Assembly (NCBI RefSeq): GCF_009914755.1
Contig: NC_060936.1
Length of the DNA: 64,000 nt
Source of the DNA: the human T2T-CHM13v2.0 reference genome, Homo sapiens
Reading direction: 5' to 3' (one strand)
In this document: in pieces, positions 36,881 to 49,543 of the stretch
Position numbering within the stretch: position 1 is the first letter of the stretch
Layout of the letters: every line of letters starts with the position of its first letter
Program-made: the position numbers and the translations under genes
The notes under the pieces: generated by a model
What the model was told of the DNA's origin: nothing
Databases searched by the model: none
The model's input: the letters and a program-made list of their open reading frames with translations, nothing else

Positions 36881-39800
36881 TAAAAAAAAAAAGGCCTAGG
36901 GCCTAGCAGTGGCCCCAAGAGAATTCTCTCCACACCTTTGCCTTCCATCAGGTCCGTCTCCTAGGTGACAACCAGGGTGCTGCCATTTCTTCCACAGCAT
37001 TGCCTCCCTAGGCAGCAGCATTTTTGTAATTTTCCCAAAATCTCGGACCGGAGTACCTTTCCACTCCTCAAGGGTGCTCTTTTATTAAAGGTCAGTACAG
37101 TCCTCACAGAAAGTAGCTTATCACTTCAAAAATGAAGTGATCTTTTCTTTGAAAGACTGTCTGCAAACCAGTTGAGTCATTTAGTCAATACAAGACTCAT
37201 TCTTCAAAACTTTCCTCCCTAGAAGTCAATTTCAAACACCTCGTGGGCTCACAGCTTCACTAAATCGTCCTCTGATCTCTTGGATCTGAAAGCCCAGAGC
37301 AGTGAGGATGAGAAATTTAAACTGGCATCTCCCTGTCAATAAATCGGTCCGAGTTGATTCAGTGCAGTTCCTGGTTTGCACAACAAAAGACTTTTTTGTT
37401 CACTCACTGTCTTTTCTTGAACCAAAACTCTTTCTGGATGTTGGCTGGCATGCCCGAAGAAAACCACAGCCAATGAGGCCACCCACTGCCAGAAGTGGAC
37501 TCCACGGAAGGCAGAAGAAATGGTAAGAAAGTGTAGAAGCCACCTGCAGAAGAGGGGATGCAGAAGCCTTGCCAAGACCCATCCGTGCCTGCTAGGATTA
37601 ATAGTGCCAATGGGGCCCAATATCCAATCCTAGGAAGGCAGGGGACGTGGCCAGGATAGAGAGAGAAGTTGTGTGGGAGAGGGGACTTGACAACACCACA
37701 CTGGACGAGCCACTGGACTCCACCCTCCTTCCACAACCATCCCTGGGGAGCATTTCTAGAAACCATGCAGGGCCCTAAGGTGGAAACGGGCGCTATCAGC
37801 CATCACCACAGGCTCATGATACACACTCCATATCACACACAACTCCACAGCCTCCCTGATCATTCCCTCTATTGCTCTGTCTCAGCTTTTGTGTCATACA
37901 CAACACACACACACCACTCTTTCTCTCTCAAAAAAATTACACTCACTCACACAATCCTGAATGTGAGAAAGCCCCGGCAATTGATCAGAACCTCTCACAA
38001 CTACCCCCAGAAAGAAGCAAGGGTTCTTGTACTTGATGCCGTGAACTTCTGAAAAAGCATGCTCCCCAATTCTGGCAGTGATGGGGGTAGAAATACCTCT
38101 GTGAAGACAGCCTTAGTCTTCCACCCCTGGAAACCCTGGCAGAGGGCTTTGGCACAGGGATTCATCTCACCATCACCACCTCACCAAGGTGGAAAGGCCA
38201 GGCCCGTGGTCCTCACACCTCTGGCTCCAGCCACTTCCCAGTTGGGTGACCTGGGCAAGTTACTTAGCCTTTCCGTACCTGCAGGCTCTTCCTCTGCTAA
38301 AATGAAGCCTCTACCTTACGTCTCACTGTGAATATTAGCACACAGCAGCAAGTGTACGCAGAAGTGTTAGCTGTTCCGATTCAGCAGCAAAGGGGAACTA
38401 AGGAAGACATCAACTCCAGAATTATGGGTATGCACTGGCAGAGTCCACACCCAAGGCTGCATTTGAGACCTTGAGGTATGTGTGTGATGGGTTGGAGGTG
38501 AAGGAATGGCAGAAATAGTGAATGAACACTTAAAGACATCAGAGGATTTGAGTGACCCCCAGTAAAAGCTGAGGTGAAGGCAAGCCTAGCTCTCTTTCAT
38601 TCTTTTGGTCCCTAGGGCTGTTCCAAGCATGGGTGTCAATCTCTGAGCCATACCTACCAGAGGCACCTGCTGTCAGAAGTCATGGTGGGGAGCACAATCA
38701 AAAAAATTCCCAGACTCGGCAGGTTAAAAGTTACAGTTCATCTAATCTGACCCCCCTTTCAATATCCAAATCCCCACTGTTGTACATGGCCATTGTGGAG
38801 GCCCCTCTTCTGTGCTCTGTGAGCCTTCCCAAATGCATGCTGGTGACTGCCTGCGCAAATTAAGAAAGCTATCCCAGTTCATTCCGAAAGACCCCATAGT
38901 AAAGGGCAATAGAGTCTTTTTTTTTTCTTTAAAAATTAGTGTCAAGTATAAGTGTCATTATTTAAGGCACTAGAAAATATTGAATTCCAGGAAACCCAGG
39001 AGGGTGAGGCAGGACAGCCTGGGAGTAGCATTAGTTTGTAGCTGTTTTGTTTCTGATCTCCAGCCTCTAGAAAAATGACTTGGGTGTAATCAAAAGAAAA
39101 CAATGAAAATAATAACTTGAAGGTCAAATAGCTAACTTAATAGGAAACTCATTAGAAACGTGGCTGGACAGGCTCACAGCTGAAGCACTCGTTCACATGA
39201 TTACACGTGAAGAGAACTCTCTGGTGCTGTGTTACGAATAAGGGCGAGTCCTCAGTTTGGATCCAGTCTGCAGGGACTTCATGTGGAACGTGTGAATCTG
39301 GCGGCAGAGGGAGTGTGTTAAAATGCTCAACTATTTGCCATGGGTTCAAAGGAGTAAACACAAGCATAATACACTACTTTGCCAAGTTCAACAAACTGTT
39401 TCACGGGGCTCTGAGTCTCTGATGAGGGCAGCAACCCAACAGCTAAGTAAGTAAACCCAAGCCCGAAGGTATCATTCACTGCTCACTGGTGACCGCCGCC
39501 AGACACACGTTCTTCCCTGGAATTCACTGATGACAAACGATCAGACCAAGACAAGTTTCCAGAGCAGGGCTCGTTTTCTCTTTGTTGCAGGATTAAGCCT
39601 GTATTTCTCAGCCTGGTCAATTAAACTGGAATTTTTGGGGGTGAGACCCAGGCATCAGCATTTTTTACAAACTCCTCATGAGATTTTAATGTGCCTCCAT
39701 CATTCAGAATCACTGATAGGCAAGCTGGCCTCAATCTTCTCTTCTCCAATCTCCCGACAGAAGTTTCTACTCCAGCCAGAAAGGACATCTCACTGATCCC

Positions 39801-40057
39801 TAGATATCACATCAGGAATAATCAATTCCATTTCTTGAGCATGGCCCTGGCACGGTACTTAGCAATTTTATTCATTAGCTCATTTAATCCTACATTATCT
39901 ATAAAGCAGCTAGCTACTGGCCCCATTTTATAGACAAGGAAACAGCCTCAGAGAGCTTAGTCACTAGCCCAAGGTCACACTGCAGTAACTAGCAGTGCAA
40001 TTGGCTCACTCAAATCTCAGCCTACGTGGATGACAAATTTATACTCTTGCCCTACTA

Positions 40058-40103
40058 TTAGGTTCATGCAAAACTGATTGTGGTTTTCACCATTACTTTA
40101 ATG
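40058..40103. mobile_element. Half of a MADE1 (Hsmar1-derived) MITE
   Basis: ttaggttcatgcaaaactgattgtggttttcaccattactttaatg resembles the MADE1 left arm and centre; preceded by TA. Confidence 0.6.
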
Positions 40104-42542
40104 AATGGTACCTGAAACAAAAGTGCTAATAGAATAGTACCTGGAACAAAAGTGCTCAATACCTTTTTGTAAAACACATGAATGATTCAATGACTAAATA
40201 AGCAAATGAATGAATGAGAATAGTGGATAATGTTAAGGATCATTGATCTTGTTAGATCAGTTCAGCCATTCCCTGCCTTCAAAAGAACCTATATCAGGAC
40301 CTGCTTGCAAATCTTCCTGCCTGAGAACCCTGGAGTAGCACAGTTGTGTCTGAGAAGAGAAACATAAACTGTTTGTAGATATTTCCAAGTAACTGATGCT
40401 AGAAATACAGCCCTGCTTTTGTTTCTAAGGAAACCAGAATCAATTATTTGGAAGGTTTTGCTTCTAACCTTCTCTGCAGGGGTTTTTCTAGTACAGTGGG
40501 GTTGTCAAATTTGGGTGTACATCAGAGACACGTGGAGGGCTAATGATTACTCTGGGTGCTGTAACCCACCCCCAGAGTTTCCAATTCAGCAGGTCTGGGG
40601 CTACCCTTTGAGAACTGCTGCTCAAATGCATTATTAAGCAGTTTACCAGGGGCCTGCCATTCTCAAGAGGTGATTTTCCAGGGGCACAGGATGGAGCAGC
40701 AACACTTTCTGATTCCAGGACCTCTGCTGGGTTCTGCAGAAACATCTTACACAAGCCCCACTGCCCCTGGCCACGAGCTGGGGGTCAGGGCAGGGGCTGG
40801 GGGCGATGCCGTGTACAATAAGGAATACAGGCTTTTCCACAGCCCCTGTCTCTTGATTTCTCTTCTGCTTCTCTGGATTTTTAGAGCAGTGATTTTCGCC
40901 AAGAGTGGTATCTCCTCCCAGAAAGACCTATCCAAATCTCAGGGAGCACAGGTAGCTTGCAAAAGCATATTGTAGTGCAATTTCTCTAGTAAGATGAGAG
41001 GAGCTTTTAACTGATAGTGCACTCATCCAAAGTGTCTTCATGGTGGGAATTCAGAGAATATTTGAGAATACAGACTTATTATAACTTATCTTCTCGTGGG
41101 CAGCATGCTTAAGGCTCACAGGGTGGGGGCATCAGATTCAAATGCTTATCAAAGGACGTGTTTGTCTATTTCGTTTCTTTTCAAGTTGGAGAAACACTTC
41201 CAACGGATGAGAGATCACAGTTAACAAATGCCAAAGAGGCTTCCTACTTTGTCCCAGAAAGCCAGGATCACCCTTATCTAAAATAGGAGAAGTGATGAAA
41301 GGGTTGGCCAGTTCCAGCACATCACAATGCAAAGAACCCATAAAGAGATGCAATCTTGCATGGCCAAGAGGAGAGATTTCCAGAAACCAAAACCAAGGGT
41401 GTCAAAGGGAAGTCACAGGCCGAATCTCCCCCACCCCTCCACCCACCTTTTCAATTTTATATGCCGGACTGTTACCAGATGGGATGCTAAAGATGTTTGT
41501 TCTCAGTGGTTTTGCAGATCGGGTCTCCTAGGCTTTCAAAGGGGAAGTGGGGGTGAGACAGTGCGCCTTTGATGTTTGAACTTCGGTCCTGAAATCAGAA
41601 CCTCAGGCAAAAACTGTTTTTATCTCTTCCATCCTAGGCAACCCAGTTGAAAGCTCCAGTGGGCACTTCCTTTTCAGCTTTTTTTTCCATATTGTCAATT
41701 ACCTCCCTGCTGAGAGAATGGAATTCCTTTGACTGGAAACAGGGGTCCCTCTTTGAGATGGTGCCAGAGATTTCTTTCTTTTCTCTTGATTAGGCTTTCC
41801 TTAGTATCACACACTGAAAAGTGTACGTCTATCCTCTTTTATTTACTTAGCATTAGAAGCCAGTTACGTTTGTATTTACACAGAGTTGACAAATTTGAGG
41901 GTTAATCACCTTCACCCATGGGTCAATAGGAGAGTTAACCCCAGGGTTTGGTTCAAGAAAGACACATTTGAAAGGAATTATTTTTGAGATTGGGTGAACA
42001 GCAGCATCACTTCAGTGAAGTCACAGATTTTATGGGCCTGGGGGTATTGTGATTATATAAAAATCAAATTTTCATGGTGTTCTGCAGTTTAGAAAACACT
42101 TGACCTATGAGTTTAACAGATTTGAACCCCAACCTTCTTCCTTGGATGCTGGCAGAAGTATTTTCTAAAATGCCTACAAAGCTAGGATTGAATGCTCTCA
42201 GATATGTAAGACAGTAACCTCTATGAAGACTGGGAATTCTACATATCACAGGGTCAAGAACAATACTTCCCTCCAGTTAGGGGTCTCTGCAGACCACCAA
42301 ATGACCTGGTTAGTATCAGGAGCACCGAGTTCTGAGTGTTGCTGCCTGGGTTCACCTCTCGGATCCACCACTTATTAGTTGGTAACCTTAGAAAATGGAC
42401 TTTGCCTCTAAAGCTGAATTTTCCTTACCATAAAATAGGGATCTTAACATTTCATATTTCCCAGATATAAGGGTTAAGTGAGATAGTACATGCACACCTC
42501 CTAGCCCAAGGTAAACACTCAATAACTCCTAGCTATTATTAG

Positions 42543-42930
<388 letters not shown>

Positions 42931-42949
42931 TAGTATTATTTTAAAGGTA

Positions 42950-43440
42950 TAAATCAAAAAATGCTACTTCCTCCTTTTAGCAGTTTCCCACCATTCCTGA
43001 AAGAGAATCCACACTCCTTCCTCTGGCCAGTGTGGTCCAGATCTAGCCCTCTCCACCTCCTTCTCCTACTACCCTTCTCCTCACCCCTGCCAACCTCCCA
43101 GATCCTTTGTCCCTTCTACCCATATAAGTGCCTTCTCTCCTCTGAGCATTTGCGCATGCTGTTCCCTTTGTATGGCATTCCCAGGACTCTGAAGTGTTTA
43201 GTCTCCGCTTCATTCAGATCTTCACTCAATAACCACTTACTCAAAAGTCCTTCAGCTCAAGGCTCAGTCCGAAAGGGACCGCCTGGTCTGTTCACTTTGT
43301 TGACTCTCTGTCTCCTCTCTTTAATGGCAGTTCCAAGAGGGACAGGAGCTTGCTTTGTTGGCCCTTGTATTCCTAGTGCCTAGAATAGGGCCTGGCACAT
43401 AGTAAGCACTTTATTAGCATTTTTGTTAATGAATAAATCG
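42950..43440. mobile_element. L2 3' fragment (similar relics at ~22010-22700, 30080-30330, 50530-50800)
   Basis: catttgcgcatgctgttccct...cctagtgcctagaatagggcctggcacatagtaagcact...gaataaat L2 tail. Confidence 0.6.
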
Positions 43441-44091
43441 CTTTTTCTCTAGAACTAGTATTTCAATATCACCGGTTAGTACAGCTCAAGATGATGGCTT
43501 CCTTTCATTAAAACCCACACTTTCTAAACATACAGGGTTAGGCACATCATTGCATTGTCATGTTGCTATTGTTGTTTTGTTGATGTTGTTGTTGTTGCTG
43601 TCACTATGTGTGTGTGCATTTGACTCTTTAATCATAAAGATCTTTGCTAAAGAAGACACTGGCAAGTTCTTTAACAGCTTCTACTCATTTGGCTAGTATC
43701 CAAATAGCCACTTTGGTGCCTTAGCATCAATTTCTTTCTAAGCAAATTAATGCATTTCTGCACCGAGCTAAGGCTCTTGATTGGCCTGTCGACCAACCGG
43801 CTTCCAGAGAGAAGGTTCCCCTCTCATTCTGTGAGTAGCAGGGAGACCAGCAGATGGGCTCACAGACTGGGGTCCCACCACCACTGCTGCCACACTCCTT
43901 GCCCCCACCACGCCCCCAGGTTGCAGCAGGGGCAGGTAGGGGCAGGATGGAAAAGGCCAGGCTGAGGTGGCCTGCAGAGCCAGCAAGAGAAGACACAGGA
44001 TCAGAAATACGGATGAGGCACGACAGAGCAAGAAAACAAAGGGGACCAGGAGACCCATATGTCAGGGTCACCACGTAGCCATGACCCCCAG

Positions 44092-44459
44092 TGTGATGAG
44101 CTGAACTGCATCCCCGCAAAAACTCAGGCGTTGAAGCCCTAACACCAAGTACTTCAGAACGTGACCCTATTTGGAGACAGTGTCTTTACGGAGATAAGTT
44201 AAAATGAGGTCCTTAGCACAGGCCCTAATCCAATATGACTGGTGTTCTCATGAGAAGAGGAAATTTGGACACAGACACATGTGGTGGGAAGAGGTATGAA
44301 GACACAGTTAAAAGTCGGTCATCTATAAGCCAAGGAGAGAGGCCTGGAACAGATCCTTCCCTCACCACACTCAGACCAGAATTGTGAGAAAATATATTTC
44401 TGTTGCTTAAGTCACCAGTCTATGGTATTTTCTTACGACAGCCCTAACAAACTAATACA
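44092..44459 (+). mobile_element. Solo MLT1A/B LTR
   Basis: TG...CA termini (tgtgatgagctgaactg...aaactaataca); ccctaatccaatatgactggtg; TSD cccag / tccag. Confidence 0.85.
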
Positions 44460-45093
44460 TCCAGCAAGTCATTAAACCTTCTAGAGCCTCAGTTTCCACA
44501 ACTGCAAAATGGGAATCCCTGGCCTGCCCACCTCACAGGTTTGCTGTGGGGATAAAAGGAGACCAGATGTGGGAGGCCTTTGTAAACTATGAAGAGTTCT
44601 ACAGATGGCAGGATGTCTAACTTCACGTTCAGCGCTGGATCTTTGGGTCCTGCTGGGCAGGAAAGCAGATAAAGTCATGGGATCCTGGGACTGTGGTTCC
44701 CAGTGAGAGGTGTAGGAGCTGGAATACAGCCTTGGCAATCTCCTGCTCCCAACCCCCAGGGAAGGGAGGGGAGCTGCCCTCCTCCACAGTTATTTAGTGG
44801 ATGTGGGAGAAACAGAACTTGCGTGGGAGAAGGGAAAGGGAACAGAACAGAAACTGGAGAGCTCTAAGAAATTAAAAGAAAGAAAAAGGACACATGTAAG
44901 ACCCCGAGAGTTTTCTGGATAAAAACAACACCTTTTATTTGCATGATACCCTATAGGTCGCAAAACACTTGGAGGCACTGGATTCTCGTTAACCTACTTG
45001 AGGTCAGGAATGCCTTTGAGAGTCTGATGAAAGCTATGTACCCTCTCTCAGAAAAAAGTAACTCATGCACACAACACATGAAACATTATATAG

Positions 45094-45300
45094 CAGCACT
45101 GTCCGGCAGAACTTTCTATGAGGATGAAAATGTTCTGCAGCTATGCTGTCCCATATGGTAGCCACTAGCCTCCTGTGGCTACTGAGCACATGAAATGTGG
45201 CTAGTGTGACTGGGGAACTGAATTTTAAATTATTTTGTTTTAATTATTTTCCATTTAAATATCCACCTGTGGCTAGTGGCTTCTGTGTTGGACAGCATAG
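45094..45300. mobile_element. MER3 (hAT-Charlie) nested in an older Charlie-type MITE (~44980-45385)
   Basis: cagcactgtccggcagaactttct...gtagccactagcc...tggacagcatag; host halves tttgagagtctgatgaaagctatg and ggattcacagatccc...atggacccc. Confidence 0.75.
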
Positions 45301-46416
45301 TTACATACTATTCCAAGGGATTCACAGATCCCTGCAGCTCATCCATGAAATACCTTGTCAATGGACCCCACGTTATGAACTATTTGTGATGATTACAGTG
45401 TCCTCATAATAATTATCTTTTTTGAGCTTACCAGATACATGTATCATGCCATTTAATCCTACTGAAAACCCCATGACAGAGCTAGAATGGTCATCCCCAT
45501 TTTACAGATGTGATTACTGAGGCACTGAGAAGCCTACCATCTTACCCCAAGTGTTGTGCCTAGGTCACAGTGGAGGACTGGAGGCTGAAGCTCAAGACCT
45601 CCTGATGTGAGACCTCAAGTCTTCCTTAACTCCCTAAAACCTGTCCTAAGGGTTTCACCAACTGAAGCCCCAGCTCCCTCCTGAGGCCTTGATAGAAATT
45701 ATTTCTAGTAACCTAAAGACCTTCCTCACACTGCTATGCATCTTTAAAGTGACAAGCAAGAGCCTTGAGGGCTTCTCTTCTCCTTAAAGCCTCCAGCCCG
45801 GTCTCTACTGAGGCCAACTTCACGTTGGTAACTAAATATTCTTCCGTTAAGGTTTGTCTCTGATCTTCTCTTTGCCAGGGGGATGGTTTTCTGTTCTCCA
45901 TTCGTCCTGTCTGATTCCCAAGGCCACACAGGGCATGGTGCTGGTGAAGAAGTCAGGTTTCTCCATGTGGGACGCCAGCAACCACAGACTGCCTCTCAAA
46001 TAAAGAACCTGGAACCTTCATGCTGAGAATGCACTCTCTTTCCCTTCCTGATAAAGAAGGCTCCTGCTCTGGGCCAAGAAATCCCAAAACACAATAGTGT
46101 TCTCAGGGCACAGGATTGTATGGCTCCACACCCTACAGGTCAATCCTTCACCATGGCCTACGGAGCTTAACGAAACTCACTTCCACTTCCACATTGTGTC
46201 TTTGTCTCTCTACTCACTTCCAACTTCTAGAAATTCCCCTCATTCACTGGACATATTCAGATTTTATCTTATCAGCCTGGAATTCTATTTTCCACAATTC
46301 TTCCCCTATCAAAAAATTCCTTCAAGACCCAGCCCAAATGCCATACATCTCCATGAAAACTTCCAATCCCCAAGCTTCCAGAACATGGTCCCAGAATATA
46401 CTGCTTACATGCCTAC

Positions 46417-46786
46417 TAATATGGTTTGGCTATCTCCCCACCCAAATCTCATCTTGAATTGTAGTTCCCATAATCCCTATATGTTGTGGAAGGGACCCGG
46501 TGGGAGGTAATTTAATCATGGGGACAGTTACCCTCATGCTGTTCTCGTGATAGTGAGTGAGTTCTCACAAGATCTGATGATTCTATAAGGGGCTTTTCCC
46601 CCTTTTACTCGGCACTTATCCTTCCTCTGTCCATGTGAAGAGGGAATGTTTGCTTCCCCTTCCACCATGATTGTAAGTTTCCTGAGGCCTCCCCAGCCTT
46701 GCAGAACTGTGAGTCAATTAAATCTCTTTCCTTTATAAATTACCACTCTTGGGCAGTTCGTTATAGCAGCATGAGAACAAACTACA
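46417..46786 (+). mobile_element. Solo THE1 (C/D-like) MaLR LTR, antisense to NUAK1
   Basis: atatggtttggct...cccaaatctcatcttgaattgtagttccca...ccatgattgtaagtttcctgaggcctcccc...gtcaattaaa. Confidence 0.9.
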
Positions 46787-46829
46787 TTGCTACATAGCAC
46801 TCTTTCCATACTGCCTTGTATTGCTTCTT

Positions 46830-47125
46830 TTTTTTTTTTTTTTAAGACAGGGTCTCACTTGGTTGCCCAGGCTGGAAAGCAATGGCACAATCTTGGCTCA
46901 CTGCAACCTGTGCCTCCTAGGTTCAAGCTATTCTCCTGCCTCAGCCTTCCAAATAGCTGGGATTACAGGCACATGCCACCACAACCAGGTAATTTTTGTA
47001 TTTTTAGGAGAGATGGGGTTTCACCATGTTGGCCGGGCTGGTCTCAAACTCCTGACCTCAAGTGATCCTCTTGCCATGGCCTCTCAAAGTGCTGGGATTA
47101 CAGGCGTGAGCCATCATGTCCAGCC
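46830..47125 (-). mobile_element. AluS
   Basis: Perfect TSD tgtattgcttctt (46817-46829, 47126-47138). Confidence 0.92.
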
Positions 47126-47254
47126 TGTATTGCTTCTTGAGTGTGGGATCTATGTTGCTTCTTGAGTGTGGGGTCCATATCACATTCAGCTTTCAAATTT
47201 CTAACTTCACTGAACAGAGTGCTTAACACGAAGTAGACACTCCACTCAGTAGAC

Positions 47255-47406
47255 TAGTGGTTCTCAAATTTGTTGAAACACAGATTGCTGAGCCCCACCC
47301 AGAGAGTTTCAGATTCAGCAGGTCCTGGGTGAAGCCTGAGAATCTGTATTTCTAATAATCTCAAGTGATGCTCATGCCACTAGCCCAGGCACTTTGAGAA
47401 GCACTG
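47255..47406. mobile_element. MER5A-like MITE
   Basis: tagtggttctcaaa...cagattgctgagccccaccc...ctgagaatctgtatttctaa...actttgagaagcactg. Confidence 0.75.
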
Positions 47407-47717
47407 TAAGAGGTGTTTGTGATGTAAATAAAAGATAGAATGGATAAAAATTTCCCTTAAAAATCCTATCACCAAGGGCTCCAAAAATGAGCCTTCAAAT
47501 GACCAGGATAAAAGAAATATATTACCAACATTTACTTCTAGATAAGAGGCAAAAATAGAAGCAGCAGAAAAAAAGAATGGCAAAAAAAGATCAGGGAACC
47601 AGATGAAAAACGAAAACTATCAGAAAAACTTTAGGGACACCACTGGTTGGTTTCCTTTTAGCCCAACCTGATAACTTCTTATAATCTGACCACGAATTAA
47701 AAATAAGTTCATTTTTC

Positions 47718-48011
47718 TTTTTTTTTTTTTTTAAACAGAGTCTCACTCTGTCACCCAGGCTGGAATGCAGTGGCACGATCTCAGCTCACTGCAACCTCCG
47801 TCTCCCTAGCTCAAGTGATTCACGTGCCTCAGCCTCCTGAGTAGCTGGGACTACAGGCATGCGCCACCACACCTGACTACTTTTTGTATTTTTAGTAGAG
47901 ACGGGTTTCACCATGTTGGCCAGGCTGGTCTCGAACTCCTGACTTCAAGCCACCTGCCCACCTCAGCCTCCCAAGGTGCCAGTATCACAGGCATAAGCCA
48001 CTGCACCCAGC
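47718..48011 (-). mobile_element. AluS
   Basis: Perfect 16-bp TSD aataagttcatttttc (47702-47717, 48012-48027). Confidence 0.92.
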
Positions 48012-49164
48012 AATAAGTTCATTTTTCAGCCACATATTTTTAAATATTCTAGGGAAACACTCTGACTCAGTAAAACCAAAATTGGGAAATTTTCATAAGA
48101 AAATAATCAGAAATGAATGTCAAAATGATGCACAAGGAGAGTTGTGAAGCCCTGTTTATAATAACCAGAAATTTGGAACAACTTAAGTGTTTGGCAAAAG
48201 AAATTAGATTCAATAAATTATGGTATGTCCATAAACAGAATGCTATAAAACCTTTTCAAATGTCCTTACAGGGGAATATTTATTGATACAGAAAAGATGC
48301 ACGAGACAACAAATGAAAAAAGAATCAAGCTAAAAAACAGTTTAAATAGCATGATCTAACTGGACAAAAACCACAAATAGATACAGAGAAATAGATAAAT
48401 ATAGAGATATGGATAGAGAGCTATTTATCAAATTGGGAGTTAGAACAGAAATTATTTTTTAATTTTAACATTTCGATTTCAATCATTTCTACAATAAACA
48501 CATACTGCTGTGTAATTTATTTACAGGGTCTTAAAACATAAATGATAGTCTGTGGGCGGTTTATTCTCTCCATTTCTTCTCATGAAGGACCAAGGAGTTG
48601 AACTGAAGCCTGAGCGTCTGTATAAGCTTTTCCCCATGCTGCTCTTTTTTGCAAACACCAACACAATTTGGGCTCCATTTATAAGGCATCTGCTGCACCA
48701 ACCCTCTTTCTTGGTGCTTACTGGACCTGCTCAGGGTTAATTTCTAACTCAAAGAACCTAACTTGGAGTAACTCCGTACCACCAGCAAAGCGACTGGCTT
48801 TGGGGAATGACATTTACAATGTATCCACTGTTATTTGGTCACCCAGCAAACTGTCATTTTTCAGAAACCAGGGCTGTCTCACAAACTGGCTTTCAATAAG
48901 GTGGGTTGCTTAGCAACTGCCAAGGAATTAAGAAGACAGAATAAGGTATCCGCCAGAGATATTTTATGACCAAAATGAGCTGCACTCATGTGTCTGGTTG
49001 TGTTCAAGGTAACCAAGTAAGAGATAACACCCGACTATTTTTGCATCATGAGGAAAAATACTTGGCTTCTGCCCAGAAGGGCAATTATCTCAAAGTCTTG
49101 GCAGGCCCCATGGTATGAGAAATGGTAACTGATATGGGGGTTAAAAAAAAAAAAAATCACTGAC

Positions 49165-49285
49165 CTTCATAAATACTGATGATATGAGGATGGTTGAGAG
49201 ATGACATGATCTCAATCTCTCGTCTGATGTGAACCATGTCTTGTTCATCCTTAATTTTGTCCTTACGAATGGATTTTATAGCAAC
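49165..49285 (-). CDS. NUAK1: NUAK1 exon 2 ([40 protein letters not shown]; catalytic Lys84 and alphaC helix)
   Basis: Translated by hand (absent from the ORF track). VAIK kinase motif; acceptor TTTATAG (ct at 49286-49287), donor GTCAGT (ac at 49163-49164); 121 nt, phase 0 to 1. Confidence 0.97.
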
Positions 49286-49510
49286 CTATAAAGTCAGGAA
49301 ATGAAATGTTATTCAGAGAGCTAAACAGATGCAAATCAGCCATTGGGGGAGTTTGGAAAATAAATACAGATGTTACTTGTTGGCAGAACTGACAATAACC
49401 AAAACAAAGCTTGGAAATGCCCCCTTGTCATGTCTTTCATACACAGCAAAAACACCCTTCTCCTGGCAACAGAAAACATCAGGTTTGACAGCCTGGGATT
49501 TGTGATGGTG

Positions 49511-49543
<33 letters not shown>

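Noticed and set aside
47130-47179. 25-bp tandem duplication ttgcttcttgagtgtggg... next to an Alu TSD
   Set aside because: Two copies only; ordinary slippage duplication.
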